A DNA stretch of 64,000 nt from positions 62,001-126,000 of the IMG/VR virus record IMGVR_UViG_3300042868_007959, one strand, 5' to 3'. Under the pieces are notes generated by a model. That model had not been told where the DNA came from and did no database searches. It saw only the letters and a list, made by a program, of their open reading frames with translations. A program made the translations under genes and the position numbers. Of this stretch, positions 27,679 through 34,017 are shown piece after piece; positions within the stretch are counted from its first letter, which is position 1, and every line of letters begins with the position of its first letter.

Positions 27679-27886
27679 TGTTTTAGTATTTCTTTAATAA
27701 CATCTTCCCATTGATTGGTTTCGGTTATATGTTTAATTTTGTTTTCTGAAAAAGAAGATACTTGTCTATGACCTTCTTTATCAGTAATAATAATCTCCAT
27801 TTTAGATTCCATAATCTATTTTTTTTTACAAATATACTAATTATTTCCCAATTAGTCAAGTTTTATCTTAAAATCACCGTACTGGT

Positions 27887-27978
27887 TATAACAACGTGTA
27901 TATTCAAGTTTGCATCAGCATTTGTGCATAATTCAAATTTAATCAAAGCAAACCTGAAATATACACGCATCCGTTATA
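27887..27978. repeat. attC-like inverted-repeat element 2
   Basis: TATAAC-AA-CGTGTATATT...AATATACACG-CATCC-GTTATA. Confidence 0.68.
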
Positions 27979-27990
27979 CACAATATTTTT

Positions 27991-28179
27991 TTACCCACCC
28001 AAAACCCATTTCATTAACGCATTCATTGAGTGTTGTTCATTTTCACCATTAATGTGTTCTTGTATATTTTCAATAGTTACATCATCGTATTTATTTGGAT
28101 TTCTAACCTTATCCATTAATAATTCAAGATGTCTTAACATTTCATCGTATTTTTCTCTAATTTCGGTTTCCGTTCTCAT
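27991..28179 (-). CDS. Hypothetical protein
   Basis: ORF track. Confidence 0.7.
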   Translation of the reverse strand: MRTETEIREKYDEMLRHLELLMDKVRNPNKYDDVTIENIQEHINGENEQHSMNALMKWVLGG

Positions 28180-28511
28180 AATTTTTCAACCCATTCTAAA
28201 TTTTTAGTTAATGTCCATAAACAATTAACATCATCTACATCTTTACTAACAAATCTTTCTGTTATATCTTCACCAGTGTCAACATTCTTTACAGATTTTA
28301 TTTTTAAAAATGGATTTTGACCAACAAGTTCAACTAATAAATCAGATGGTTTTGGTGTTGGTTCTTCTTTGAAGATGTTTTTGAAAAACTCTTTATGTTC
28401 ACCACTAATTTCAAGCGAATTTATTTTACTTTCACGTTCTTCTGTTAATGAATAATCTTTATCATTACCTTTTATTAAGTAAACACCATTCTTTAATTCT
28501 TCTTTTTCCAT
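28176..28511 (-). CDS. Hypothetical protein
   Basis: ORF track. Confidence 0.7.
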   Translation of the reverse strand: MEKEELKNGVYLIKGNDKDYSLTEERESKINSLEISGEHKEFFKNIFKEEPTPKPSDLLVELVGQNPFLKIKSVKNVDTGEDITERFVSKDVDDVNCLWTLTKNLEWVEKL

Positions 28512-28579
28512 AATTTATATTTTTTTTACAAATATACTAATTTATTTTTAATTTATCAACCCTCCCACAAAATACTGTG

Positions 28580-28631
28580 TATAACAAATGATAAACAACA
28601 TTAAAACGATTGTTTATCATCGGACGTTATA
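28580..28631. repeat. attC-like inverted-repeat element 3
   Basis: Exact copy of element 1. Confidence 0.7.
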
Positions 28632-28632
28632 T

Positions 28633-28788
28633 TCAATTAAAAATTACTAACATAAGTAGAAAAATTACTATAAAAAGTTGTATTGTGTAATTATTTGTTG
28701 TTATGTAGTCATAACCAAGATTGATTGTTACTTCCTCATTTTCCCAATCATCCCACTTTTTATATAATTTTTTTATAAATTTAATCAT
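28633..28788 (-). CDS. 51-aa membrane micro-ORF
   Basis: Manual translation MIKFIKKLYKKWDDWENEEVTINLGYDYITTNNYTIQLFIVIFLLMLVIFN; stop abuts element 3. Confidence 0.6.
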   Translation of the reverse strand: MIKFIKKLYKKWDDWENEEVTINLGYDYITTNNYTIQLFIVIFLLMLVIFN

Positions 28789-28802
28789 AATTTTTAACTA
28801 AA

Positions 28803-28893
28803 TATAACAAGGTATATGTGAAATACCTCATAAAGTTTCTACTAAATTTTAAAGTTCTGTGGTAAGGTACTTCACATATACCCGACCGTTATA
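28803..28893. repeat. attC-like inverted-repeat element 4
   Basis: TATAAC-AA-GGTATATGTGAA...TTCACATATACC-CGACC-GTTATA; contains the TAA stop of the upstream ORF. Confidence 0.68.
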
Positions 28894-29083
28894 AAACATT
28901 ATAGTTGTTTTTTATTTTACTCCATAATTTTCCAAAAGCATTACCCATATTTCTATCATTAAAATCAATTGCACCTTGAATATACGCATCATTTACAATT
29001 TTCTCTAGTTCATAGTATGTAAATGAATATTTTTTTGATTCTTGCTTTACTATTTCTTTCTTTCTAAATAATTTTCCTATCAT
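28889..29083 (-). CDS. Hypothetical protein
   Basis: ORF track 28889-29155 overlaps tRNA-Leu; likely start MIGKLF at 29083. Confidence 0.6.
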   Translation of the reverse strand: MIGKLFRKKEIVKQESKKYSFTYYELEKIVNDAYIQGAIDFNDRNMGNAFGKLWSKIKNNYNVL

Positions 29084-29149
29084 AATAAACGTTTTATAAC
29101 AACAAATATAGATATTAATTTCTATATAAACAAATTTTTTTAAAAATAG

Positions 29150-29224
29150 TACCAAAGGTGAGATTCGAACTCACAAACCTTTGTTTCTAAGACAAAGAGG
29201 TATACCGATTCCCGTCACTTTGGC
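29150..29224 (-). tRNA. tRNA-Leu(TAG), short variable loop
   Basis: TTTGT-CT TAG AA-ACAAA; 5-nt variable region. Confidence 0.88.
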
Positions 29225-29230
29225 ATTTTG

Positions 29231-29303
29231 AGCAGGTAGAGAGAATCGAACTCTCGTCCTCTGATTGGAAGTCAGACATAATAAGCCACTATACGATACC
29301 TGC
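29231..29303 (-). tRNA. tRNA-Gly(TCC)
   Basis: TCTGA-CT TCC AA-TCAGA; U73. Confidence 0.95.
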
Positions 29304-29473
29304 ATTAAGATTATTTTCTCTTAATCTTTTTTTTTAATTTAATAAATTTTATTAATCTTATTAAATTAATAGAATTTTTTCTAGACTCGATAATATTAAA
29401 ATTATCTTTCGATGATCTACCAGAACCCGTCATTACCTCTCTCATACTTATTTATTTTACTTTTTATTATTTG

Positions 29474-29547
29474 TGGATACATCTCGGCTTCGAACCGAGG
29501 ACTCCTGAGTGCAAATCAGGTGTGATAGCCAGCTTCACCAATGACCC
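29474..29547 (-). tRNA. tRNA-Ala(TGC), one-nt acceptor bulge
   Basis: CCTGA-TT TGC AC-TCAGG; G3:U70. Confidence 0.85.
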
Positions 29548-29550
29548 AAA

Positions 29551-29628
29551 TGGTTGCGGGACTGGGACTCGAACCCAGAACTTCGGCTTATGAGACCGAC
29601 GAGATAACCAATTTCTACATATCCCGCA
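29551..29628 (-). tRNA. tRNA-Met(CAT), initiator-like, CCA encoded
   Basis: TGCGGGA/TCCCGCA-A-CCA; TCGGT-CT CAT AA-GCCGA. Confidence 0.92.
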
Positions 29629-29661
29629 ATTTTTAATTACACCGAATTCGGTATAATTGAG

Positions 29662-29736
29662 TTCCCCCGACAGGATTCGAACCTGTGGCCCGTACATTAA
29701 AAGTGTAATGCTCTAAACCAACTGAGCTACGAGGGA
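29662..29736 (-). tRNA. tRNA-Lys(TTT)
   Basis: TTACA-CT TTT AA-TGTAC. Confidence 0.93.
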
Positions 29737-29742
29737 TTGTTG

Positions 29743-29814
29743 AGGTTTCGCTCAGATTCGAACTGAGGACACTTGATTACAAATCAAGAGTTTTACCGAC
29801 TAAACTACAAAACC
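29743..29814 (-). tRNA. tRNA-Thr(TGT)
   Basis: CTTGA-TT TGT AA-TCAAG. Confidence 0.93.
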
Positions 29815-29820
29815 TAATTG

Positions 29821-29894
29821 TCACCCGTATGGGATTTGAACCCATGATCTTTTCCGTGAAAGGGAAACGACTTAAACCGCTTGTCCAACGGGCG
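29821..29894 (-). tRNA. tRNA-Glu(TTC)
   Basis: TTTCC-CT TTC AC-GGAAA. Confidence 0.93.
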
Positions 29895-29902
29895 ATATTT
29901 AG

Positions 29903-29975
29903 TAGTCTCTGTAGGGTTCGAACCTACGACAACTTGCATGTAAAACAAGTGCTCTACCAACTGAGCTAAGAGACT
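29903..29975 (-). tRNA. tRNA-Val(TAC)
   Basis: CTTGT-TT TAC AT-GCAAG. Confidence 0.95.
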
Positions 29976-29976
29976 G

Positions 29977-30052
29977 TGGCGGTCCATGACGGTTACGATC
30001 CGTCTACTCTACCGTGACAGGGTAGGATGATAAGCCATTTCACCAATAGACC
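29977..30052 (-). tRNA. tRNA-Asp(GTC), atypical T-loop, CCA encoded
   Basis: CTACC-CT GTC AC-GGTAG; T-loop ATCGTAA. Confidence 0.88.
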
Positions 30053-30056
30053 ATTT

Positions 30057-30202
30057 AAATGATAATCAGGATTAGATTATATACGTGCTCTACCAACTGA
30101 GCTACCGCCGCCCCGAAGGACAACGGACAGGATTCGAACCTGCGACACCGAGCTTAAAAGGCTAATGTAATTGTTGCTGAAACAATCCTTTTATTATCAT
30201 TT
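30057..30202 (-). ncRNA. Y-RNA-like (YrlA-like) RNA with circularly permuted tRNA-Lys module
   Basis: Terminal stem AAATGATAAT/ATTATCATTT; order: CT-TTT-AA hairpin, T arm, acceptor CCGTTGTCC-TTCG-GGGCGGCGG, D arm GCTCAGTTGGTAGAGC. Confidence 0.78.
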
Positions 30203-30203
30203 G

Positions 30204-30289
30204 AGGAAGAGGTAGGATTCGAACCTACGGTACCTTTCAGTACGCTAGTTTTCAAGACTAGTACAATAAACCAACTCTGTCACTCTTCC
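30204..30289 (-). tRNA. tRNA-Ser(TGA)
   Basis: CTAGT-CT TGA AA-ACTAG; long variable arm. Confidence 0.95.
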
Positions 30290-30298
30290 AATTTTTAC

Positions 30299-30315
30299 CA
30301 ATACGTCAAAGAACT
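30299..30315 (-). promoter_or_regulatory. boxA-like element
   Basis: AGTTCTTTGACGTATTG between the terminator and first tRNA. Confidence 0.7.
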
Positions 30316-30321
30316 AAAAAC

Positions 30322-30350
30322 AAAAAACCCTAAGTTCTCACTTAGGGTTT
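30322..30350 (-). terminator. Attenuator terminator 1
   Basis: AAACCCTAAG-TGAGAA-CTTAGGGTTT-TTT upstream of the tRNA-Ser(TGA) operon. Confidence 0.8.
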
Positions 30351-30379
30351 CCATTATATAGTATTTAAATTTTTAAATG

Positions 30380-30478
30380 TTATCTATTACAATATACCCT
30401 AAGATCTGGTTGCAGCGAATCCGCTCCCTCCATTTTCGTCTTAACGACCTCTAATCTGTATGTCATTGTATTTTTCAT
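30380..30478 (-). CDS. Putative leader peptide 1 (32 aa) MKNTMTYRLEVVKTKMEGADSLQPDLRVYCNR
   Basis: Manual translation; lies between promoter and terminator; contains antiterminator copy CTTAGGGT at 30396-30403. Confidence 0.6.
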   Translation of the reverse strand: MKNTMTYRLEVVKTKMEGADSLQPDLRVYCNR

Positions 30479-30509
30479 TGAAATTTTTACCTTTTTAATT
30501 AAATATACA

Positions 30510-30541
30510 TAAAGTTACGAAAGTTTCTTCAAAAAGTCAAA
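30510..30541 (-). promoter_or_regulatory. Bacteroidota-type promoter
   Basis: TTTGAC...TAACTTTA. Confidence 0.65.
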
Positions 30542-30578
30542 TAATTTTTAATTTTTTTTAAAATTTATTTTATTTAAG

Positions 30579-30652
30579 AGGTCAGAGAGGGATTCGAACC
30601 CCCGAATAATGGATTTGCAGTCCACCCCTTTAAACCACTCAGGCATCTGACC
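30579..30652 (-). tRNA. tRNA-Cys(GCA)
   Basis: GTGGA-CT GCA AA-TCCAT; U73. Confidence 0.95.
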
Positions 30653-30721
30653 ATTAGTTCACTAAACTATAATTTGCTCGATAAACTATATCTGTTTATT
30701 GTAGCAAAAATAAGTTTATTG

Positions 30722-30794
30722 TACACTCTGAGAGATTCGAACTCCCATCTTATAGTCCGTAGCCATATGTTCTGATCCGTTGAACTAAGAGTGT
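30722..30794 (-). tRNA. tRNA-Arg(ACG)
   Basis: TATGG-CT ACG GA-CTATA. Confidence 0.93.
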
Positions 30795-30796
30795 AT

Positions 30797-30871
30797 TGGT
30801 AGGGATGGGTGGAGTCGAACCACCGAGACAACTGTATAAGAGTTGCATGTTCACCGTTACATCACATCCCC
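30797..30871 (-). tRNA. tRNA-Ile(TAT), CCA encoded
   Basis: CAACT-CT TAT AC-AGTTG; A73-CCA. Confidence 0.88.
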
Positions 30872-30878
30872 ATTTTTG

Positions 30879-30966
30879 CGGAAAGAATAGGATTCGAACC
30901 TATGGTACCCTTACGAGTACAACACCTTAGCAGGGTGCCTCAATAAACCAACTCTGACATCTTTCC
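30879..30966 (-). tRNA. tRNA-Ser(GCT)
   Basis: GCACC-CT GCT AA-GGTGT; long variable arm; G73. Confidence 0.95.
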
Positions 30967-30971
30967 ATTTG

Positions 30972-31045
30972 GGTGTATGACGGGAATTGAACCCGTGACC
31001 TTTTGATTCACAATCAAACACTCTAACCAACTGAGCTACATACAC
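30972..31045 (-). tRNA. tRNA-His(GTG), no encoded G-1
   Basis: TTTGA-TT GTG AA-TCAAA; C73; base at -1 is T. Confidence 0.92.
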
Positions 31046-31047
31046 AG

Positions 31048-31118
31048 TTGTCTCCCAAGGATTCGAACCTCGATTCAGTGGTCCAAAACCACTTGTCCTG
31101 CCTTTAGACGAGGAGACA
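31048..31118 (-). tRNA. tRNA-Gln(TTG)
   Basis: AGTGG-TT TTG GA-CCACT. Confidence 0.93.
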
Positions 31119-31181
31119 ATTTAAAATTATTCACTACCCAAATATCGAATTTTTTACTACTTTTGGGAAGTTAATAATTAG

Positions 31182-31256
31182 TCTGGGTAGCGAGACTCGA
31201 ACTCACATTATGTCCACATCCCAAATGTGGCGGCTTACCAATTAGCCAATACCCAG
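31182..31256 (-). tRNA. tRNA-Pro(TGG)
   Basis: CCACA-TT TGG GA-TGTGG. Confidence 0.93.
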
Positions 31257-31263
31257 TTAAAAG

Positions 31264-31337
31264 TGGTGATGGGTGGAATCGAACCACCGACAACCTAGAT
31301 CTTCAATCTAGTGCTCTACCAACTGAGCTACATCACC
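31264..31337 (-). tRNA. tRNA-Phe(GAA)
   Basis: CTAGA-TT GAA GA-TCTAG. Confidence 0.95.
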
Positions 31338-31342
31338 ATTTG

Positions 31343-31415
31343 CACATCTCCAAGGATTCGAACCCTGATCAAACGATTTGGAGTCGTTTATGCTAAACCA
31401 TTACACCAGAGATGT
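31343..31415 (-). tRNA. tRNA-Trp(CCA)
   Basis: AACGA-CT CCA AA-TCGTT; G73. Confidence 0.95.
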
Positions 31416-31419
31416 GTAT

Positions 31420-31498
31420 AAATGTTCAGGAAGACTTTTTGTTTTCAAATTTCCGATCTTGATTTTTTTATTTTGCTGAAATCTTCCTTTTAACATTT
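31420..31498 (-). ncRNA. Minimal Y-RNA-like stem (no tRNA module)
   Basis: AAATGTT-AAAAGGAAGA-TTTCAGCAA...GTCTTCC-TG-AACATTT; same architecture as the 30057-30202 terminal stem. Confidence 0.65.
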
Positions 31499-31499
31499 G

Positions 31500-31582
31500 T
31501 GAGGGTAGTAGGATTCGAACCTACTCAGTCATAGACAACAGATTTACAGTCTGCCCCAACTCTCCAACTTTGGCGTACCCCC
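31500..31582 (-). tRNA. tRNA-Tyr(GTA)
   Basis: GCAGA-CT GTA AA-TCTGT; long variable arm. Confidence 0.95.
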
Positions 31583-31598
31583 ATTATTAATTTAATCA

Positions 31599-32138
31599 CT
31601 AAACATTTATTAAACCCGCATGTATTTCTGAATGACAATTAGAACACACTAAAATACATTTATCTACTTCATATTTTAATTTTTCGAAGGATAAACTTTT
31701 ACCTGATATTGTAAAATCTTTACTATTAGGATTTAAATGGTGGAATTCTAACGCATTAAAACATTTGTTATATCCACAAATTTGACACTTACCACCTTTA
31801 TATTCTACTAATCTAATTTTCACTCTCTTTCTCCATAAAATAACAGATTCAGAAGATGTCATTGTTTTAATTCTATCTTTAGTTTTAATATATTTTTTTA
31901 AAGTATCAAAAGAACGTTTAGTTATTTTAGATACTTTTTTTATTGAACCTAGTTCATCATATAATTTTTGATATAATTCAATGTCCTCTTTAGTAGTTTT
32001 TTGATTATTATCACCTAAACCATTCATTTTACAATGATAAGAAACTGTAGACATTGCACACCCTAAAATCTTAGTTATCTCTTTATACGTTTTACCTTCT
32101 TTTCTTAATTCTAAAATTTTTTTCGAATACCTTTCCAT
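31599..32138 (-). CDS. HNH homing endonuclease with N-terminal HTH
   Basis: KTYKEITKILGCAMSTVSYH; GGKCQICGY...LEFHHLNP...KCILVCSNCHSEIH. Confidence 0.9.
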   Translation of the reverse strand: MERYSKKILELRKEGKTYKEITKILGCAMSTVSYHCKMNGLGDNNQKTTKEDIELYQKLYDELGSIKKVSKITKRSFDTLKKYIKTKDRIKTMTSSESVILWRKRVKIRLVEYKGGKCQICGYNKCFNALEFHHLNPNSKDFTISGKSLSFEKLKYEVDKCILVCSNCHSEIHAGLINV

Positions 32139-32215
32139 AAGATTAACATTTTTAATTAATAAATATGGTATAATACTAATAATTTAATTTTAAAAAATCA
32201 ATAGGTAAAAAATTG

Positions 32216-32302
32216 CTGACGGGGTGGGATTCGAACCCACGGTGGAGAAATTCTCGTCGGATTAACAGTCCGATGCGTTCGGCCTACTACGCGAACCCGT
32301 CA
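32216..32302 (-). tRNA. tRNA-Asn(GTT) with long variable arm
   Basis: TCGGA-CT GTT AA-TCCGA; 16-nt variable arm with GAGA/TCTC stem; G73. Confidence 0.88.
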
Positions 32303-32315
32303 TTTACTTTCATAA

Positions 32316-32333
32316 CAATATGTCAAAGAACTT
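32316..32333 (-). promoter_or_regulatory. boxA-like element
   Basis: AAGTTCTTTGACATATTG. Confidence 0.7.
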
Positions 32334-32341
32334 TTGTTCTG

Positions 32342-32417
32342 TCGGTATGGTAGGGATCGAACCTACGAATCTTCTCGATATCAGCGAGATGCCTTAAACC
32401 AACTTGGCCACATACCG
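32342..32417 (-). tRNA. tRNA-Ile(GAT)
   Basis: TCTCG-CT GAT AT-CGAGA. Confidence 0.95.
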
Positions 32418-32426
32418 TAATAAATT

Positions 32427-32458
32427 AAAAAACCCCAACTCATTTCTGAATTGGGGTT
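32427..32458 (-). terminator. Attenuator terminator 2
   Basis: AACCCCAATTCA-GAAA-TGAGTTGGGGTT-TTTT. Confidence 0.82.
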
Positions 32459-32484
32459 CCACTTTGGTTTTATTTAATATCTAC

Positions 32485-32571
32485 TTAAAATTTATCCATA
32501 ATATACCCCAATCCGCCGCTATACGGTTGACACCATTGACTAAAATTAATATGTATATTATTTGTTTTCAT
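32485..32571 (-). CDS. Putative leader peptide 2 (28 aa) MKTNNIHINFSQWCQPYSGGLGYIMDKF
   Basis: Manual translation; contains antiterminator copy ATTGGGGT at 32505-32512. Confidence 0.6.
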   Translation of the reverse strand: MKTNNIHINFSQWCQPYSGGLGYIMDKF

Positions 32572-32596
32572 TTTTACTGTTATAATTAAATATATA

Positions 32597-32628
32597 CAAA
32601 TATAGGAAAGTTTCATTTAAAAGTCAAA
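32597..32628 (-). promoter_or_regulatory. Bacteroidota-type promoter
   Basis: TTTGAC...TATATTTG. Confidence 0.72.
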
Positions 32629-32768
32629 TATATTTTAAAATTTTTTTTTATTGGTAATATGGTACGTATTTTGTTAAGGTTATTTTCTTAATAACTAACA
32701 CCGTAAAAATATAAAACCCCCTTACACTAATAAGGGGGTTTATTTTTAATAACCAACAAAGTTTATTA

Positions 32769-32939
32769 CTACTTAACTTCGTTTGAAGTTGCTTCTACTG
32801 AAGTACTATCACTAGTAGTTACATTAGAAGTTGCTTCTGAAGTTGCTTCTGTACTTGCGTTTTCAGATGCTTCTGTTGAGTTACCTCCGCAAGACACTAA
32901 CAATGACATTACGGTTAATACTAAAAAAATTTTTTTCAT
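32769..32939 (-). CDS. 56-aa Ser/Thr-rich lipoprotein
   Basis: MKKIFLVLTVMSLLVSC-GGNSTEASENASTEATSEATS...; lipobox; followed by terminator ~32714-32742. Confidence 0.8.
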   Translation of the reverse strand: MKKIFLVLTVMSLLVSCGGNSTEASENASTEATSEATSNVTTSDSTSVEATSNEVK

Positions 32940-33090
32940 TTTAAAAAATTTAATTTAATTGTTATTAAGGCTTTTCACCCATCGGAGATTATAAGTATCT
33001 CTAACTTCTTTTATGTTACAAATTTAACATAAATATATTAAATGTCAAAATATTATAACACTATTGTTAAATATTTTAACATATTTTAGG

Positions 33091-33393
33091 TTATTCCTTA
33101 CCATATTTTTTTCTTAAATATTCTCCCCAATCTGACTGTTTCCTTCCATTTACAAAGAACCATCCTAAATTTAGTTCAAACCATTTAATAAATTTATTTA
33201 CTAAAATCATAATTAAAAAATTTAAAGTTACTACAAAAAATACAACATATGGTAATAAAGGGATCCAACTGATAACTTTACCATACCATTTTAAACTATC
33301 CTTCATTACCCCTTCACAAACCAATATATACTGGATGAATAATAGAAAGAAAATAAATAAAAAAACAACTGTTATTCCAATAATCTCAAACAT
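33091..33393 (-). CDS. Membrane protein
   Basis: Two hydrophobic segments. Confidence 0.7.
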   Translation of the reverse strand: MFEIIGITVVFLFIFFLLFIQYILVCEGVMKDSLKWYGKVISWIPLLPYVVFFVVTLNFLIMILVNKFIKWFELNLGWFFVNGRKQSDWGEYLRKKYGKE

Positions 33394-33401
33394 AACTAAT
33401 C

Positions 33402-33635
33402 TTATTCTGATTTTTTAATAATTTCACAATCAACTAAATATTTAGAAGGTATTGTGACTCTGTGTTTTCCTCTAGGTGGTGAAAGTTTAATTAAATGACT
33501 ATCATCCGCTTCTAAAATTAAACAATCATTTGTTTTTTCAATTACAAACCAAATTTTAGTTTTATCATTATGACTGTAAAATCTTTTAGATGTAAAAGTT
33601 ACAACATCACCAACAATACATTCTTCTTCTGTCAT
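33402..33635 (-). CDS. Hypothetical protein
   Basis: ORF track. Confidence 0.6.
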   Translation of the reverse strand: MTEEECIVGDVVTFTSKRFYSHNDKTKIWFVIEKTNDCLILEADDSHLIKLSPPRGKHRVTIPSKYLVDCEIIKKSE

Positions 33636-33795
33636 ATCATTTCTTTTTTTGTGAGTTTAACACGTATTACTTCTCCACCTTCAAAATTTTCAAAAATATT
33701 TTGTGTAAAAACATTACCTATTTTTATAGATTTATCTTTTGTAAAAAATGATGTTATTTTACCTCGTTTACTTTTCATATATATGTAAGGCATAG

Positions 33796-34017
33796 TTATT
33801 TCTTTTTAAATTGTTCAAACCACTGTGTTAACGACATTCTTTCTCCACCACCTAAGAAATATTCTGTATGTTTAAATAAAATATCATATACTTCTTCCTC
33901 ACTATAACTATTTTCTTTACATTCTGTATAACCACGTTTGAATGCAATTCTTTCCATCAATTGATTTTCATCTGAGTAAAAATCTTTTGCAAGTTCTTCA
34001 AGTGTTTCTTGTTTCAT
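33796..34017 (-). CDS. Hypothetical protein, paralog of the 24534-25277 C-terminus
   Basis: KQETLEE...YSEEEV...WFEQFKKK. Confidence 0.75.
   Translation of the reverse strand: MKQETLEELAKDFYSDENQLMERIAFKRGYTECKENSYSEEEVYDILFKHTEYFLGGGERMSLTQWFEQFKKK

Noticed and set aside
29311-29445. 44-aa basic micro-ORF between tRNA-Ala and tRNA-Gly
   Set aside because: Low-complexity A/T tail and frame depends on a homopolymer length; insufficient support.
29467-29697. 76-aa ORF across tRNA-Ala/Met/Lys
   Set aside because: Translation of tRNA sequence.
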